Shown here piece by piece: positions 11,701 through 26,700 of a DNA stretch of 64,000 bases. Position numbers and translations under genes: made by a program. Below the pieces are notes generated by a model that made no database searches, had not been told where the DNA came from, and worked only from the letters and a program-made list of their open reading frames with translations. Source of the DNA: Podarcis pityusensis (taxonomy: Eukaryota); the NCBI GenBank assembly GCA_964106645.2, contig OZ067038.1. One strand, given 5' to 3'. The stretch's first letter is position 1, and every line of letters starts with the position of its first letter.

Positions 11701-14700
11701 GCAAAAAGAAGTCTGACTGGGAGGAAGTATCCAGCACTGTTGTGGATAGACGATTTGGGGTAATGCTTCAATCTTGATTTCATAGGCGAAAGGAATAGTC
11801 TTTAAATGAAAAATGACCATTTATAAAATTGTTGAGCTGAATGTTAACACTGTTCATCTTCCAGATTTCCTATTTTTACGTCTGCCTTCCATTTAATGCC
11901 AAAATAGGTATTCCTATACTCTGTATTGAATGGTACTTCACTCCCTTCAGAGTCGGGTTAGTAGCAGTTGGTGCAGATATGCCAATGATGTATAGAGTTG
12001 TTAAGCATCAGAGCAACAAGCAGGTGGTTTTTTCAAGAACTGTTTTAAGATGTCCATATGATGGCATCTAACTGCATGGAAAACATCCAAAATACACTAA
12101 AACCAGTTCTGAGAATTGGTTTTACACATATCATAGGATCAAACAGTTGGACGGGTCCTTTTTGAGTTTGAGGGGTCTGCCTAGTCAAATCCCTTGCTCA
12201 GTGCAGGAAAATGAGAACCTGGGCACTCCCAACTGATGGCTGTTTAGATTCTGCTTAAGACCTCCAGTGAAGAAGAACGCAATGTTCATTGACTCCACTG
12301 TCAAACTTTTAAGAGGTTTCTCCTAATGTTCAACTGAAACGTGCCCTCCTTTAGCTTATGAGATCTAGATGTTTATGCCCTCTGTATGACATCTCCTCAG
12401 GTATTTGTAATATGTTGACATGCTCCCCTTCAGACATCTCCCCACCAAGTTAAACAAACCCAATTACTTCATCCTTTCTTTTTAAGTCTTGTTTTCCACA
12501 CCACTGGCTACCTTTGTTGCCCTCCTTTGTGAGGTGACCTTTGGCTATTCTTTGTTTAAAGTCCTGGAAACAACACAGGGAATTGATATGAAACTGATTT
12601 TAAAAAATAATAATGTATCATGTTTCTTTTACTTTTCAGGTCTATAAACTGGCAACAAATGGACAATATCAATTTAGAGTGAGGGCCGTTAACAGGTTTG
12701 GGACAAGTGACGAATGCCTTTCCGAAAAGGTAGTTATTAAGGATCCTTATGGTCTTCCTGGACCCCCTGGAAAACCAAAGGTTACAGAACATACCAGGTC
12801 ATCAATGCTGGTAACATGGACACCTCCACTAGACAATGGTGGAGCTCCAATTACTGGCTATTGGCTGGAAAAGAAAGAAGAAGGAGGTGTCTACTGGTCG
12901 CGTGTCAACAGAGCTCCAGTGACAAAACCAGCAGTGAAAGGACTGGAATACAATGTACTGCGTTTGATTGAAGGTGTGAAATACCAGTTCCGAGCTATGG
13001 CTGTGAATATTGCTGGAATTGGCCCTCCCAGTGAGCCATCAGATCTTTATGAAGCTGCAGATCCAATCTGTAAGTATAAAGACAAGGAAGCAATAAGTAA
13101 CACAAAATGCCAACTTTGTAATTTTTGTTCAATTTGTCCTGAACCTGATTTGATAGAGGTTCTGTGATTTCAGTGCAAGAGCTCTGCATTTGAAGTCAAA
13201 TATTTAATGAGTTAGGCTTCATTTTATAAGTGCCTATTATCATGATAAATAGCAAATGTTCCTAATTTTGTGCAATGAAATACTGTATAGTTGATAGACT
13301 TTCCATTCACTTCAATGAAGGGGTGTTGTGCAATGGAACAAGGGAGGCATAGTCCTCACGGCAGTACATTTTGCATTTTCTCAATAGATCCTCCTGGAGC
13401 ACCATCATGCCCAGATGTCAAAGACAGAACCAACTCAACTATATCTCTTGCATGGAAACCTCCACAAAAAGATGGTGGCAGTCCTATTAAAGGATATATC
13501 GTCGAAATGCAAGAAGAAGGTAGTTTAGATTGGAAGAGTGTGAATGAACCGGACAAGCTGTTCCCTACCTGCGATTGTGTTGTACCCAATCTGAAAGAGC
13601 TCAGAAAGTACAGATTCAGAGTAAAGGCTGTAAATGCTGCAGGGGAATCTGAGCCAAGTCTTTGCACTGCAGAAATACCATGCAAGGAAGTTCAAGGTAA
13701 GGATTGTTGGAAATAATTCTTTCCACTCGAACGTGTAGACATAGAAAAATCAAAGGATTTGAAAACTGAAATGCAGGAATGGCTGTCCATTCCTTGAAAC
13801 GTTAGAGTTTTCAAGAGTAAAGAAAACTTATTGGGGGGTGTTATGGGTACAAGGGAAATCCCAACATCAATCTGATAGCAATAGAAGCTGGAGCTAGATT
13901 ATTCTGCATACATTTGAGAAGGAACTCTTCTCAAAGTGTCCCTGCCATATGAGTTAAGGCAGATAGTGATCAAAGAGAGATCCTTCTCAGTGGTGGCACC
14001 AATTCATAGAATTCTCACCTCGGAAAGCCCACCTGACACCAACATTGTTATGGATTTGGGGCCAGCAAGGGTTTTGTTTTTGTTTTTTTTACTAGGGTGT
14101 TTCATGCATTGTTCTAATTTATTATATTTTGGTGTTATATGTTGTCATGTTTTTGTAAAGCTTTGCTAAAGGGCAGTATACATTTCAAACAAGTATATAT
14201 CTTGATATCTTTGTTTATCATCAAGAGAATAATACACAACTGAGGCTGCAAGCCTACCCATTTACCCGGAAGAAAGATCCATCAATGTCAGCAAGACTTA
14301 CTACTGAGTCTACTGTACATGCATAAGTTTACCCTATTAGAGAACTTATGTAGATGAATTCTGACTATATTATTTATATGATATATTATTTGTATTTTGC
14401 AGAGGAGCCAGAAATATTTATTGATGTTGGAGCACAAGACTTACTCTCTTGCCGTACTGGTACAACAATCAGAATTCCAGCAGTTATTAAGGGACGTCCT
14501 GTTCCCAAAGTAACTTGGGAATTTGAAGGAGATGCAAAGAAAGCTGTAAAGGTCAGTGACAAAACAAAGTAAACTGTTAAGAACTTCAAGCTAAAGTATT
14601 GTGTGTGTGTGTATTTACTATTTCTTCTTTATTTAAAGGATGGACATAACATACCTGAAGATGCTACGGTAAAAAATAGCTTATATTTGAATTCGCTTAT

Positions 14701-17700
14701 TTTGCTTCTAATATTTGCATTTTTCAAGTCCTTTTTTAATTATTATTGCTAAGTAAGTTTATTTTGGTTTGTGCAGGTGGAATCAACTGATACCACATCA
14801 GTGATCACTATCCCTGCATGTAACAGAGGTCATTCTGGAAAATACACTATTACAGCAAAGAATAAAGCAGGACAGAAAACTGTAAATGTCAGGGTGAATG
14901 TCCTAGGTAAGACTAATCAATCTTAATATTGCACCATTTCACTAATTTTTGTGATACAAAAGTTCATATACTGTAAAACCCCATATAATGATTTTTCCAA
15001 TCTGTTTTCATGATGAAATAGATGTTCCAGGACCACCAAAAGACCTGAAAGTAAGTGACATAACAAGATGCAGCTGTAAACTTTCATGGAAAATGCCGGA
15101 CAATGATGGTGGAGACAGAATCAGAAACTATATTATTGAGAAAAGAACTGTTGAAGGAAAAGCCTGGACAAAAGTTAATCCCAACTGTGCTGGCACATCA
15201 TTGGTTATTCCTGATCTCATAGCTGGGCAACAATACTTCTTCAGAGTACGTGCAGAAAACCGCTTTGGTGTTGGACCCCCAGCAGATACAATTCAAAGGA
15301 CCACAGCGAGGGATCCAATCCGTAAGTTAAATCAAAGTGGGACATTCATTCATGCATTCATTCAGCCTTTGTTGGCAAAATTTAGACAATAAAATCATAA
15401 AAGAGAAAGAAAACCATCCATAAAACACTGGCAATCCAGACATATTAAACACATAAAACATATGAAAGACTCAGTAGCCACCATTAAGAAAATTAAATAG
15501 TTTTAAATTTGACTTTTAAAATCTCAACTAAATATCCTGAAACAATCTCAGTGGTTTGGGGAGTATCATTCCTCAGCAGATATTGGATTGCAGGTTCTTT
15601 GAAAATAAATACTTAAATACTTCAAGGGAGTAGCAAAGTGGGACATTTGTTTTTACTAATGATACTTTATTGTAGGGCAGTACTTACATTTTACTTTGCT
15701 CCTTTTTTAAAAAACAACAACACACAGATCCTCCTGACCCGCCTATCAAGCTCAAGATTGGTCTTATAACAAAGAACACGGTAAGCTTGACATGGAAACC
15801 TCCAAAGAATGACGGCGGTGCTCCCGTAACACATTATAATGTGGAGTGCCTTCGCTGGGACCGTACTGGTGAAGGGAAGGAAGCCTGGCGACAGTGCAAT
15901 AGACGGGATGTGGAAGAAACTAAGTTTACTGTTGAAGACCTTAAAGAAGGTGACGAATATGAATTCAGAGTGAAAGCAGTGAATGAAGCAGGTCCAAGCA
16001 GACCGTCAGCTACTGTTGGGCCAGTCGTCGTCAAAGATCAGACATGTAAGTGCTGCAAAGCATTAGTAGTTATTGCACTTCAAATATCCACTCACCTGGG
16101 GCTCCGGGGGAGCAGTGTTTTTGTCACACAGTGCAGCCGTGGGCCAGTCCCAGGGGATCTGCCATCTTCCCACACAGCCAGGCAAAGGGATGGTCACATG
16201 GCAATGCCCTCCTCACATTGGGCTGAATGCTACATTGAACAGGTACCCCGCTAAAGGGGTCCAGGAGGGGTGACTGTCTGAGAGCCCACATGATAGGCCA
16301 ATATGCCTCTTGCAATGATGCCCTGTCGTGGCACCCAGTCCATGTTGGGGGCAACTCCCCAGCACAGGGTCATCCCAAATTGGGTCCCTATCAGCCAGCA
16401 CATAGGTTGATTGATGATGGATACATGCCCATTGCCTTAGCCAAACCTACTTGTATCTGTATTGAAGGAAGTTGTGGCCTAATTCAACCCAGTATCAATC
16501 TCTTGTGTTCATTTCCACGGTCTGCCCCGCACAGGGCTGCAGACATCATGTGCCTGCAATGCAAAGCATTTTGACTTCTGCATTCATAGTGGCTCAATAA
16601 TTTTTGCTTGCTTTTGTTTGTAGGCCCTCCGTCTATTGAACTCAAAGAATTTATGGAGGCAGAAGAAGGGACAGATATCAAGATTGTAGCCAAAATAAAG
16701 GGCGTCCCCTTCCCGACATTGACTTGGGTCAAAGCTCATCCTAAGAAACCTGATGACAAATTGCCAGTGCTATATGACCAACATGTCAACAAGATTGTGG
16801 ATGAAAATTCCTGTACTTTGCTGATACAGCAATCTCGCAGAAAAGACACAGGCTTGTACACTATAACTGCTGTCAATAACTTTGGAACAGATTCAAAGGA
16901 GATGAGGCTGAATGTGCTAGGTAAATATCAATGTATTTTGGCATTGGCAACCTAATTTACTGTTTGTTATATAATGTTCAAAACATGTCTCTCCTGTTAT
17001 CAGTCTCTGCAGCCACAGCAGGCGCCGTAACTCTCCAATAGTTTGGCTTCATCCCTGAAGGCAAACTCTTCCATTTCCTCCCGAGATAGCTGGATGCCAA
17101 CCACAACAATATAACACTCAACTTTGACAACAATTAATGTTTTATAAAATGTATTTTTCAGGTCGCCCTGGACCACCAGAAGGACCCATTAAATTTGAAT
17201 CTATTTCCGCCGATCAGATGACAATTTCTTGGCTTCCTCCTAAAGATGATGGTGGATCTAAGATAACTAACTATGTTATTGAAAAAAGGGAAGCAAACAG
17301 AAGGACCTGGGTCCATGTTACCAATGAACCTAAAGAATGCATCTTCACAGTACCCAAACTACTAGAAGGGCATGAATACATCTTCCGCATCATGGCACAG
17401 AATAAATATGGCGTTGGGGAACCTCTTGATAGTGAACCTGAAACTGCCAGAAATCTATTCAGTAAGCATACAGTTATCTAAAATATCACCTGCGCTTATA
17501 TTTATTGGCAAAGCAGAACGTAAGTAATCTGATTAGATAGTATGAGAGCCCCAAGTTAAAATTGATATTTTTTTAAATCTTCTGTATGGCTAAAATGTCT
17601 ATAATAGTTTTTAAAAGCTTTTCAGAAATAGAACTTTTGTGGCTATTTTTTCTGTTTTATCTTAAAACCATATCTGTTTTAAATGTTAAATATTGAATCT

Positions 17701-20700
17701 GTACTTATATCATTTTAGATTGTATTTAGCACAGTATAGACCGTATCTTTGCCTTTCTTCACCATAAAATAATAAAACGTTCAATTATCAGTGCAATCTT
17801 GTGCTCTGCTGGACACAATGAAGCACAGTGCTGTGGCAAAGGAACCCTTCATCAGCTCCGCTATTCCAAGAAATACAAAATGCTGGCATTTGGTGCAGAG
17901 CTACTGTAAAAAGGGCTTTTCAGGCTGAAGATGCTCAGCCATGGCTCTAGCACAGGATTCTAGGACTTGACAGTTACGTATAACAAAGAAAAAGGGGGAC
18001 TTTGTATAGCCCTGCCCTACTTACTTCACAAAGGTTGTCTCTGTAGGGGCTAATGAAAGACTGGGAAAGGAAACTTCAGATGAAGGCTATAGCATAAATA
18101 CCATATATAAGTGGTCTATGTGGCCCCCAGAGCTTTGCTTTACTCTTGGTGTACTTTATTCCCTAGCTGTTCCTGGAATTTGTGACAAACCAACAGTCAG
18201 CAGTGTCACACATGACTCGATGACCGTCAACTGGGAAGAGCCAGAATATGATGGAGGCTCCCCTGTGACGGGTTATTGGCTGGAGCGTAAAGAGACCACT
18301 GGAAAGAGATGGACACGGGTTAACCGTGATCCTATTAAACCTATGACATTGGGAGTTTCTTACAAAGTACCTGGCCTTATTGAAGGTTCAGATTACCAGT
18401 TCCGTGTCTATGCTATTAATGCCGCTGGTGTTGGACCGCCAAGCATGCCGTCTGATCCAATAACTGCAAGAGACCCAATCTGTAAGTAACCAAGATCTAT
18501 TTATTTATTTGGTGTGAAAGGGGGAAATATACTAAAAGATGGTATAGATGGTATATGTTTGAGAAATAATAAATATACAGTCTTGTGACAGAATGGCGCA
18601 ATAATTTTTTTCCCCCAGCTCCACCTGGTCCTCCATTTCCAAAAGTTACTGATTGGACAAAATCTTCCGTTGACCTTGAATGGACTCCTCCATTAAAAGA
18701 TGGTGGTTCTAAAGTCACTGGTTACCTTGTTGAATTTAAAGAAGAAGGGAAAGAAGAATGGGAAAAGGTAGGTGAAATTCTGCCGTTGAAAATTTATTTG
18801 AAACATTATGTCGATTCCATAATTGAACATACTGAGGAACATACCAAATCACTGAAAGGGCTACCAACTCATCTGTGTGGCCTAGAAGCAGCAAAAACCC
18901 ATTGTTCCCCTTCCCTGTAGGTGGGTTTTAATGGTAGCATGAGTGAAAGATAAGGGAGGGAGGTAAGTGATGTGGTGTGGGGAGAGGCATGAAGTAAGGA
19001 GGTTCAGGAGGAAGGAATGAAAGGACTCAGGTACACAGCTGCAAATAAAACGTTTTGTGTTGTAAAGTGCAATATACAAGTGTGACACTAGATGGTGCCG
19101 GTGAGCTATGCAAAATCCAATGTATTTTTTGAAACGTTTTTTTAGAAAAAGCATTTCCACAGCGTCTTTAACATGTGTGTAGATTCCACCAAAGACACAA
19201 AATTTCTTTTTGTTTTCAGGCAAAAGATAAAGAAATAAGAGGGACCAAGTTTGTTTTGGCAGGATTGAAAGAAGGAGGTTTCTACAGATTTAGAGTCAGA
19301 GCAATAAATGCTGCTGGTATTGGAGAGCCTGGAGATGTCACTGAAGTCATTGAAATAAAGGACAGAATAGGTATGTCTTAGGATAAAAACAGCCTCTCTT
19401 TGTTCTTGTGTGGGTAAAAGAATAGAAACTAAATATAAAATATATTGTTTGTTTCTTCAGTTGCTCCTGATCTCATGCTTGATGCTCATGTGAAGGACAG
19501 AATCGTTGTCCATGCTGGTGGAGTGATCCGCATTATAGCTTATGTCTCGGGAAAGCCACCTCCAACAATTACCTGGAAGAGGGATGAGAGAGCTCTCCCA
19601 GAGGAGGCTAAAATCGAGGAAACTGCAATTAGTTCCTCTATGGTTATAAAGAACTGCAAGAGAAGCCATCAGGGCTTATACACTCTTCTCGCTAAAAATG
19701 CCGGTGGAGAAAGAAAGAAGACTATTATTGTTGATGTGCTAGGTAAGCACTGAAAGCTGACTTGCTGATGGCTAGACTGCTGATGAGGGCAGATGGCTGA
19801 TGGATGAATGGCAGAAAGTCACACTTTTGTTGATGCATTTGCACTGGCTACCCATATGTTACTGGATCAGGATGAACGTTCATGTACAAAGCCCTGAACA
19901 ACTTGAGTCCAAGATACCACAAGAAGTGTCTGCTCCCTTCTGTCCCATTTTGATGACTTAGATCATCTGTAGGAGGGCTGTTAGTTGTTCCCAATGTCTC
20001 AGAAACCTTAGTGTGTCATCAGTCCCATACTGCAGAAAACTCTTCCAACAGAGAATCAGTGGACTTCCTCCCCGTTAACCTTCAGACGTCTCTTGGAAGA
20101 TGTTCTTATGCAGACAGGCCTATTCAGTTGTTTAATTTCCTTTATTTAGACGAGCCAGTCATTCTTGTGATTACTTTGTATTGTTTTATAATATTTTCTT
20201 TTGTGCACTGCCTTGGTATATTATATGAGTGGGTGGGGTTATAGAAATATATAGATATGTTTTTATAAATATGTTATTGCATCTATGTTATTATTTGGGT
20301 TCCAATTACAGAAATGTTAAATGTTCGTCTTAAAACCATTCTACTGTATTTATTTCCTTCACAGATGTTCCAGGTCCAGTTGGCATTCCATTCCTTACTG
20401 AGAACCTAACCAACGACTCATGCAAACTTACGTGGTTTTCTCCTGAAGATGATGGTGGCTCAGCTATCACCAACTACGTAATTGAAAAACGTGAAGCAGA
20501 CCACAGGGCTTGGACCCCAGTGACATATACGGTCACCAGGCAGAATGCAACAGTTCAGGGGCTGATTGAGGGCAAAGCATACTTCTTCCGAATTGCACCT
20601 GAGAATATGATTGGCATGGGCCCATTTGTGGAGACAACAAAAGAGATTTTAATCAGAGACCCAATAAGTAAGACTTTATTGTCTATTTTTTTTCAGTACT

Positions 20701-23700
20701 GATGAGGAGAATTTGCCTTGAAAAAAGTACCTAACATGGTGCATGTGTTTATTTCTAGCTGTGCCAGAAAGGCCTGAGGATCTGGAAGTCAAAGCAGTAA
20801 CGAAGGATTCTGTTACACTGACCTGGAACCCACCTAAGTACAACGGTGGCTCTGATATAACCATGTATGTTTTGGAAAGCCGCCTTATTGGGAAAGAGAA
20901 ATTTACCAGAGTTACAAAAGAGAAAATGCTTGACAGAAAATACACAGTTGAAGATTTGAAAGAAGGTGACACTTATGAGTATCGCGTGAGCGCTTGCAAT
21001 ATTGTGGGACAAGGCAAACCATCATTTGTTACGAAACCCATCACATGCAAAGATGAAATTGGTAAGTTTCCATTCTGGAGCAAACCAACCAACCAAATGT
21101 GCATTGGGTGATCTGTGAATTTTTATAGATATCACTGATTCTTCTTTTCTTTAACAATACTTCTAGCTCCTCCACAACTTGAACTTGATATCCGAGAGAA
21201 GCTCACTGTCCGTGTAGGAGAAGCTTTCAGTCTGACCGGCCGTTACTCAGGCAAACCAGCACCAAAGATTACCTGGCTCAAAGATGACATTTCTGTGAAA
21301 GAAGACAAACGGACAAAGATCCAGACTACGCCAGCTACTCTTTGTTTGGGGATATTGAAATCTGTCCGTGAAGATTCAGGCAAATATTGTGTCATTGTAG
21401 AAAACAGTTCGGGAACAAGAAAAGGTTTCTGTCAAGTTACAGTAGTTGGTAAGTATTGCTATAGTGCTAAAATAAGTTATTTCCACATGTGGTATGAATT
21501 AGAGCTGATCAAATGAGGGTGGGATGGCATATCACATGATAACATTTAACCTAATGCACATTGTGAAGAACTTTTCTGATAAATATATTTCTTTTACTTT
21601 TAAACAGATCGTCCTCAACCACCAGTGGGGCCAGTTATTTTTGATGAAGTTACTAAAGATCATTTTGTTATCTCCTGGAAACCTCCCTTGGATGATGGTG
21701 GAAGTCCAATTACAAATTACATTATTGAGAAGAGAGATGCAAACAGAGACCTCTGGATGCCAGTCACGTCAGCCAATGTCAAGACAACGTGCAAAGTCCC
21801 TAAATTACTTGAGGGAAGAGATTATGTTGTCCGAATCTATGCTGAGAACTTGTATGGCATGAGTGATCCTTTAATATCTGATGAAATGAAGGCCAAGGAT
21901 CGTTTCAGTATGTAGTTTATTTGCTAATTCATTTTACTTAAGTCTTCGCCATATTTCTACTTCACTTGTATTTTCATATTATATTTTTGTATGAAATGGA
22001 TTTAAAACTTGAAAACGTTATTTCTTCAGGTGTTCCTGCTGCACCAGAGCAACCTATCATTAAAGGCGTCACCAAAAATTCTGCTTTAGTTACCTGGAAG
22101 AAGCCATATGATGGAGGAAAACCAATAACCAATTACATACTTGAAAAGAAGGAAACTATGTCTACTCGATGGGGAAGAGCCACCAAAGATCATATTTACC
22201 CAGATACTCAGTTCAGGGTAACAGATCTTCTTGAAGGCTGTGAATATGAATTCCGAGTTTCAGCAGAAAATGAAATTGGCGTTGGTGATCCTAGCCCACC
22301 CTCAAAACCATTCTTCGCTAAGGATCCAATCGGTATATTATAAAACATTTTCTCATGTATTATATTTGTGATATTACTTGGTACAAATTAATCTCTTTTT
22401 CAGATTCATGATTCCAATGTAATGGGGTGTTGTTGTTTTTTCGTTTTTACAGTAAAACCAAGTCCACCAATTAATCCTGAAGCAGTGGATAAAACTAAAA
22501 GTTCAGTGCAATTGTCCTGGCAACCACCACGTCATGATGGAGGAGGCAAGATCATAGGCTATCTCATTGAGTACCAAAAGGATGGAGATGAGGAGTGGAA
22601 AAAAGCCAACCATACAGCAGATTCTTGCCCTGAGACAAAATACAATGTCACCGGCCTCACTGAGGGTACCAAATATAGATTCAGAGTCTTTGCAGTCAAT
22701 GGGGCAGGAGAATCCGAGCCAGCTAATGTTCGTGATCCAGTTGAAGTCAAGGACAGACTTGGTAAGCAGAACATGATGTTTTAATTGGTTTTAAAGGGCC
22801 AAAGTGGATATATTTTCTGAACACGAAGTCCCTTTTTTTTTACAGAGGCTCCTGATTTAATCCTGGATGCTAACATGACACGAGAACAACATGTAAAAGT
22901 TGGAGATACATTGAGGCTAAGTGCTGTAATTAAAGGAATTCCATTCCCAAAAGTGACTTGGAAGAAAGAAGATAAGGAAGTTCCTACAAAGGCAGATATT
23001 GAGGTTACAGGAGTTGGCAGTAAGCTTGAAATTCGACACGCAGTCCATGAAGACGGAGGGAATTATTCCCTGACCGTGGAGAATCCGGTTGGATCAAAGA
23101 CTGTTTCAGTAAAAGTTCTTGTTCTAGGTAATGAATGAAATGATGTTAACACTTCTACTGGGAGATAAAACATGACAGAGGTGAATGATAGGAACATACC
23201 TATGTACAACAGAAAAGCAGGAATGAAAAATTATATTTTTCATCATCTGTTAGCAACCTTGTTCCCCAACTTTGGAAGGGAATTTTCTAAATGTTATGAA
23301 GCATTATCAGAATCCTTGCGTTGTTAAAACACACACATACCAAATATGAGTGGGTGCATAGTGGGTGCAAAGCCCATAGTCTTTGGAAAATATTAATTGT
23401 TCTCTGAGGTTCATAGTCACTGAAATTAATAATACTAATAATTTTATTATTTGTACCCTGCCCATCTGACTGGGTTGCCCAAGTCACAACACAAGCATAC
23501 ATACAGCGAAGCTACTGTAAATTTGTTGAAGAAATCGGGGTGAGGGGCGTTGTACACAAACTAGTTTGATTTTACACCCTGTACTTCATGTCAGGTTTAA
23601 TTATCCAGGTTCAGATGAAAAATGTTTAGAAATTAAAAATGGTTAGAGGCTGTCCATCCTCATTTTCTACAAATAAGAAGTATACAATCATAAGGAAAAG

Positions 23701-26700
23701 ACTCTTTCTTGCAAATAATATACAGTGGTACCTCGGTTTACGAACTTAATCCATTCCGGAAGTCTATTCTTAAACCGAAACTGTTCTTAAACCGAGGCAC
23801 GCTTTCCCTAATGAGACCTCCTGCCGCCGTTTGGCTTCCATTCGTAGACCAAGGTAAAGTTTGCAAACTGGGACACTACTTCCGGTCTTGTGGAGTTCTT
23901 AAACCGAATCGTTCGTAAACAGGACTGTTCTTAAACCGAGGCACCACTGTATTTAACACAATATTTTTATACATAGACTACATCGAACATTTATTTCAAT
24001 TTTTTTTCCAGATAAGCCTGGGCCTCCCAGGAATCTACAGGTCAGTGAAGTGAGAAGAGATTCTTGCTATCTGACTTGGAAGGAACCTGAGGACAATGGT
24101 GGCTCTGTCATTACGAATTACATTGTGGAAAGGAAAGATGTTGCTGCTGCTCAGTGGCTACCAATATCATCATCTTCTAAGAAACACAGTCTGTTGGCTA
24201 AATACCTCATGGAAGGCACTCAGTATCTCTTCCGTGTTGCTGCTGAGAACCAGTATGGAAGAGGTCCTTACGTTGAAACCCACAAGCCGATTAAGGCTAT
24301 AGATCCACTTCGTAAGCACAGTTCACTTACTATTTTGTGTTCTTTTTTAAAACAAAAACAAAAAAACCTTTGTTGACAGTGTTGATCTATACAATGTGTA
24401 TCAGCATTTGGAAATGTTTGTGTATAAAAATAGAAATGCTAATCCTGTTTTCATCTCATTTTAAAAGATCCTCCTGGCCCACCAAAGAACTTGCATCATG
24501 TAGATGTTGACAGGACACAAGTGTCTCTTGCTTGGAATTGGCCTGATCGGGATGGTGGTGCTGAAATAACTGGATTTTTGGTGGAGTACCAAGAAGAAGG
24601 GAAAGAAGACTGGACAAAATTCAAAACAGTCCCTGTGCCAGAATGTGTTGTTACTGGTCTACAACAAGGGAAGATTTACAAATTCCGCGTAAAAGCCCAA
24701 AATATTGTGGGTCTTAGTCTTCCAGATACAACCATACCAATAGAGTGCCAAGAAAAAATAGGTAACCACTGAATTTGTATGACTGTTCACAGATTTCATA
24801 TTCACTGCTGAAATGTAACTCTTGTAATGGGGAAATACCTATAATATAATCTGCGTGTTGTTGTTTTTTTATTTCAGTGCCACCATCAGTTGATCTAGAT
24901 GTGAAATTAATAGAAGGCCTTGTTGTTAAAGCTGGCAGCACAGTGCGGTTCCCTGCAATCATGAGAGGCGTACCTGTTCCCACTGCAAAATGGGTCACTG
25001 ATAATGTTGAAATCAAATCAGAAGGCAATTACAAGATTGATACTGATAATTACTCTACAGTTCTCACTATTCAAAGCTGCACAAGAAAAGACACTGGAGA
25101 ATATCTGCTCACAGTATCCAATATAGCTGGAAGCAGAACTGTTCCTGTTCATCTAACAGTTTTGGATGTTCCTGGTCCTCCAACTGGCCCAATTGATATT
25201 CTGGAAGTCACTCCCGATCATATGGTTATTGCTTGGCGACCTCCTAAAGATGATGGTGGAAGCGCTGTAATTAATTACATTGTTGAGAAACGAGAGACAA
25301 GGAAAGAAACCTGGGGAGTGGTCTCTTCAGGGACTAATCAAACTAGAATTAAAATTCCACGTCTACAGAAGGGCTGTGAATATATTTTCCGAGTTTGTGC
25401 AGAGAATAAGATAGGCGTTGGTCCACCTCTTGATTCAAAACCAACAGTTGCCAAGGCTCTGCATGATCCACCATCTCCACCTGGTAAACCAGTAGTTAAT
25501 GATATTACAGAAAATGGTGCAACTGTATGTTGGACTGTGCCAAAATCTGATGGTGGAAGTCCAATAACTGGATACATACTTGAACGCCGTGAAATCTCAG
25601 GGAAATGGATACGTGTCAACAAATCTCCAGTGCTTGATCTGAAATTTAGAGCTACAGGCCTCTTTGAGGGCAGCACATATGAATTCCGTGTTTTTGCAGA
25701 AAACAGTGCTGGCATAAGCAAGCCATCTCCACCTTCTGATCCAATCAAAGCATCACGTCCTATGACACCTCCTGGACCTCCCATTAATCCAAAACTCAAG
25801 GATAAGACCAGGGAAACAGCTGAGCTAGTATGGACTAAGCCACTCAAAGATGGTGGTAGCCCCATCCTGGGATATGTTGTGGAATGCCAGAAAAGCGGAA
25901 CTACTCAGTGGAATAGAATTAACAAAGATGAACTCATCAGACATTGTGCCTTTACAGTACCTGGGCTAATTGAAGGAAATGAATATAGATTCCGCATTAA
26001 AGCTGCTAATATTGTAGGAGAGGGAGAACCCAGAGAATTGCCAGAAACAGTTCTTGCCAAAGACATTCTCATGCCTCCAGAGGTAGAACTGGATGTGACC
26101 TGCCGAGATGTAATTACTGTCAGAGTAGGCCAAACAATAAGGATTGTGGGCAAAGTGAGGGGCAGACCAGATCCTGACATAACATGGTCTAGAGATGGCA
26201 AAAATATAACGAAAGATAAGCGTACTGACATAATTCATGAATTCCCTCATATAGAGCTGCAAATAAAACCTGCTGTAAGAGCAGACCATGGAAAATACCT
26301 AATTACAGCTAAGAATAGCAGCGGACACGCCCAAGCATCAGCTATTGTTAATGTGCTTGATAGGCCAGGACCTTGCCAGAACCTGAAAGTAACCTATGTC
26401 ACCAAAGATTCTTGCATGGTCTCTTGGGAGAATCCTGAAGATAACGGTGGCTCAGAAATTACAAACTATATAGTAGAGTATCGTCAGCCAAACCAGAGAG
26501 GCTGGTCAATAGTTTCTTCTGATCTTACTAAGAGGATAGTGAAAGCACATCTCGTTGAAAATCACGAATACTTCTTCCGTGTTTGTGCAGAAAACAAAGT
26601 AGGTCCAGGTCCAGTTGTCGAGACCAAAACTCCAATCCTTGCTATTAACCCTATTGACAGGCCAGGTGAGCCTGAAAACCTTCACATTGCAGAAACAGGA

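Noticed and set aside
16985-17110. Possible RTE-type 3' end (ggatgccaaccacaacaa)
   Set aside because: Too short and degenerate to support without a database search
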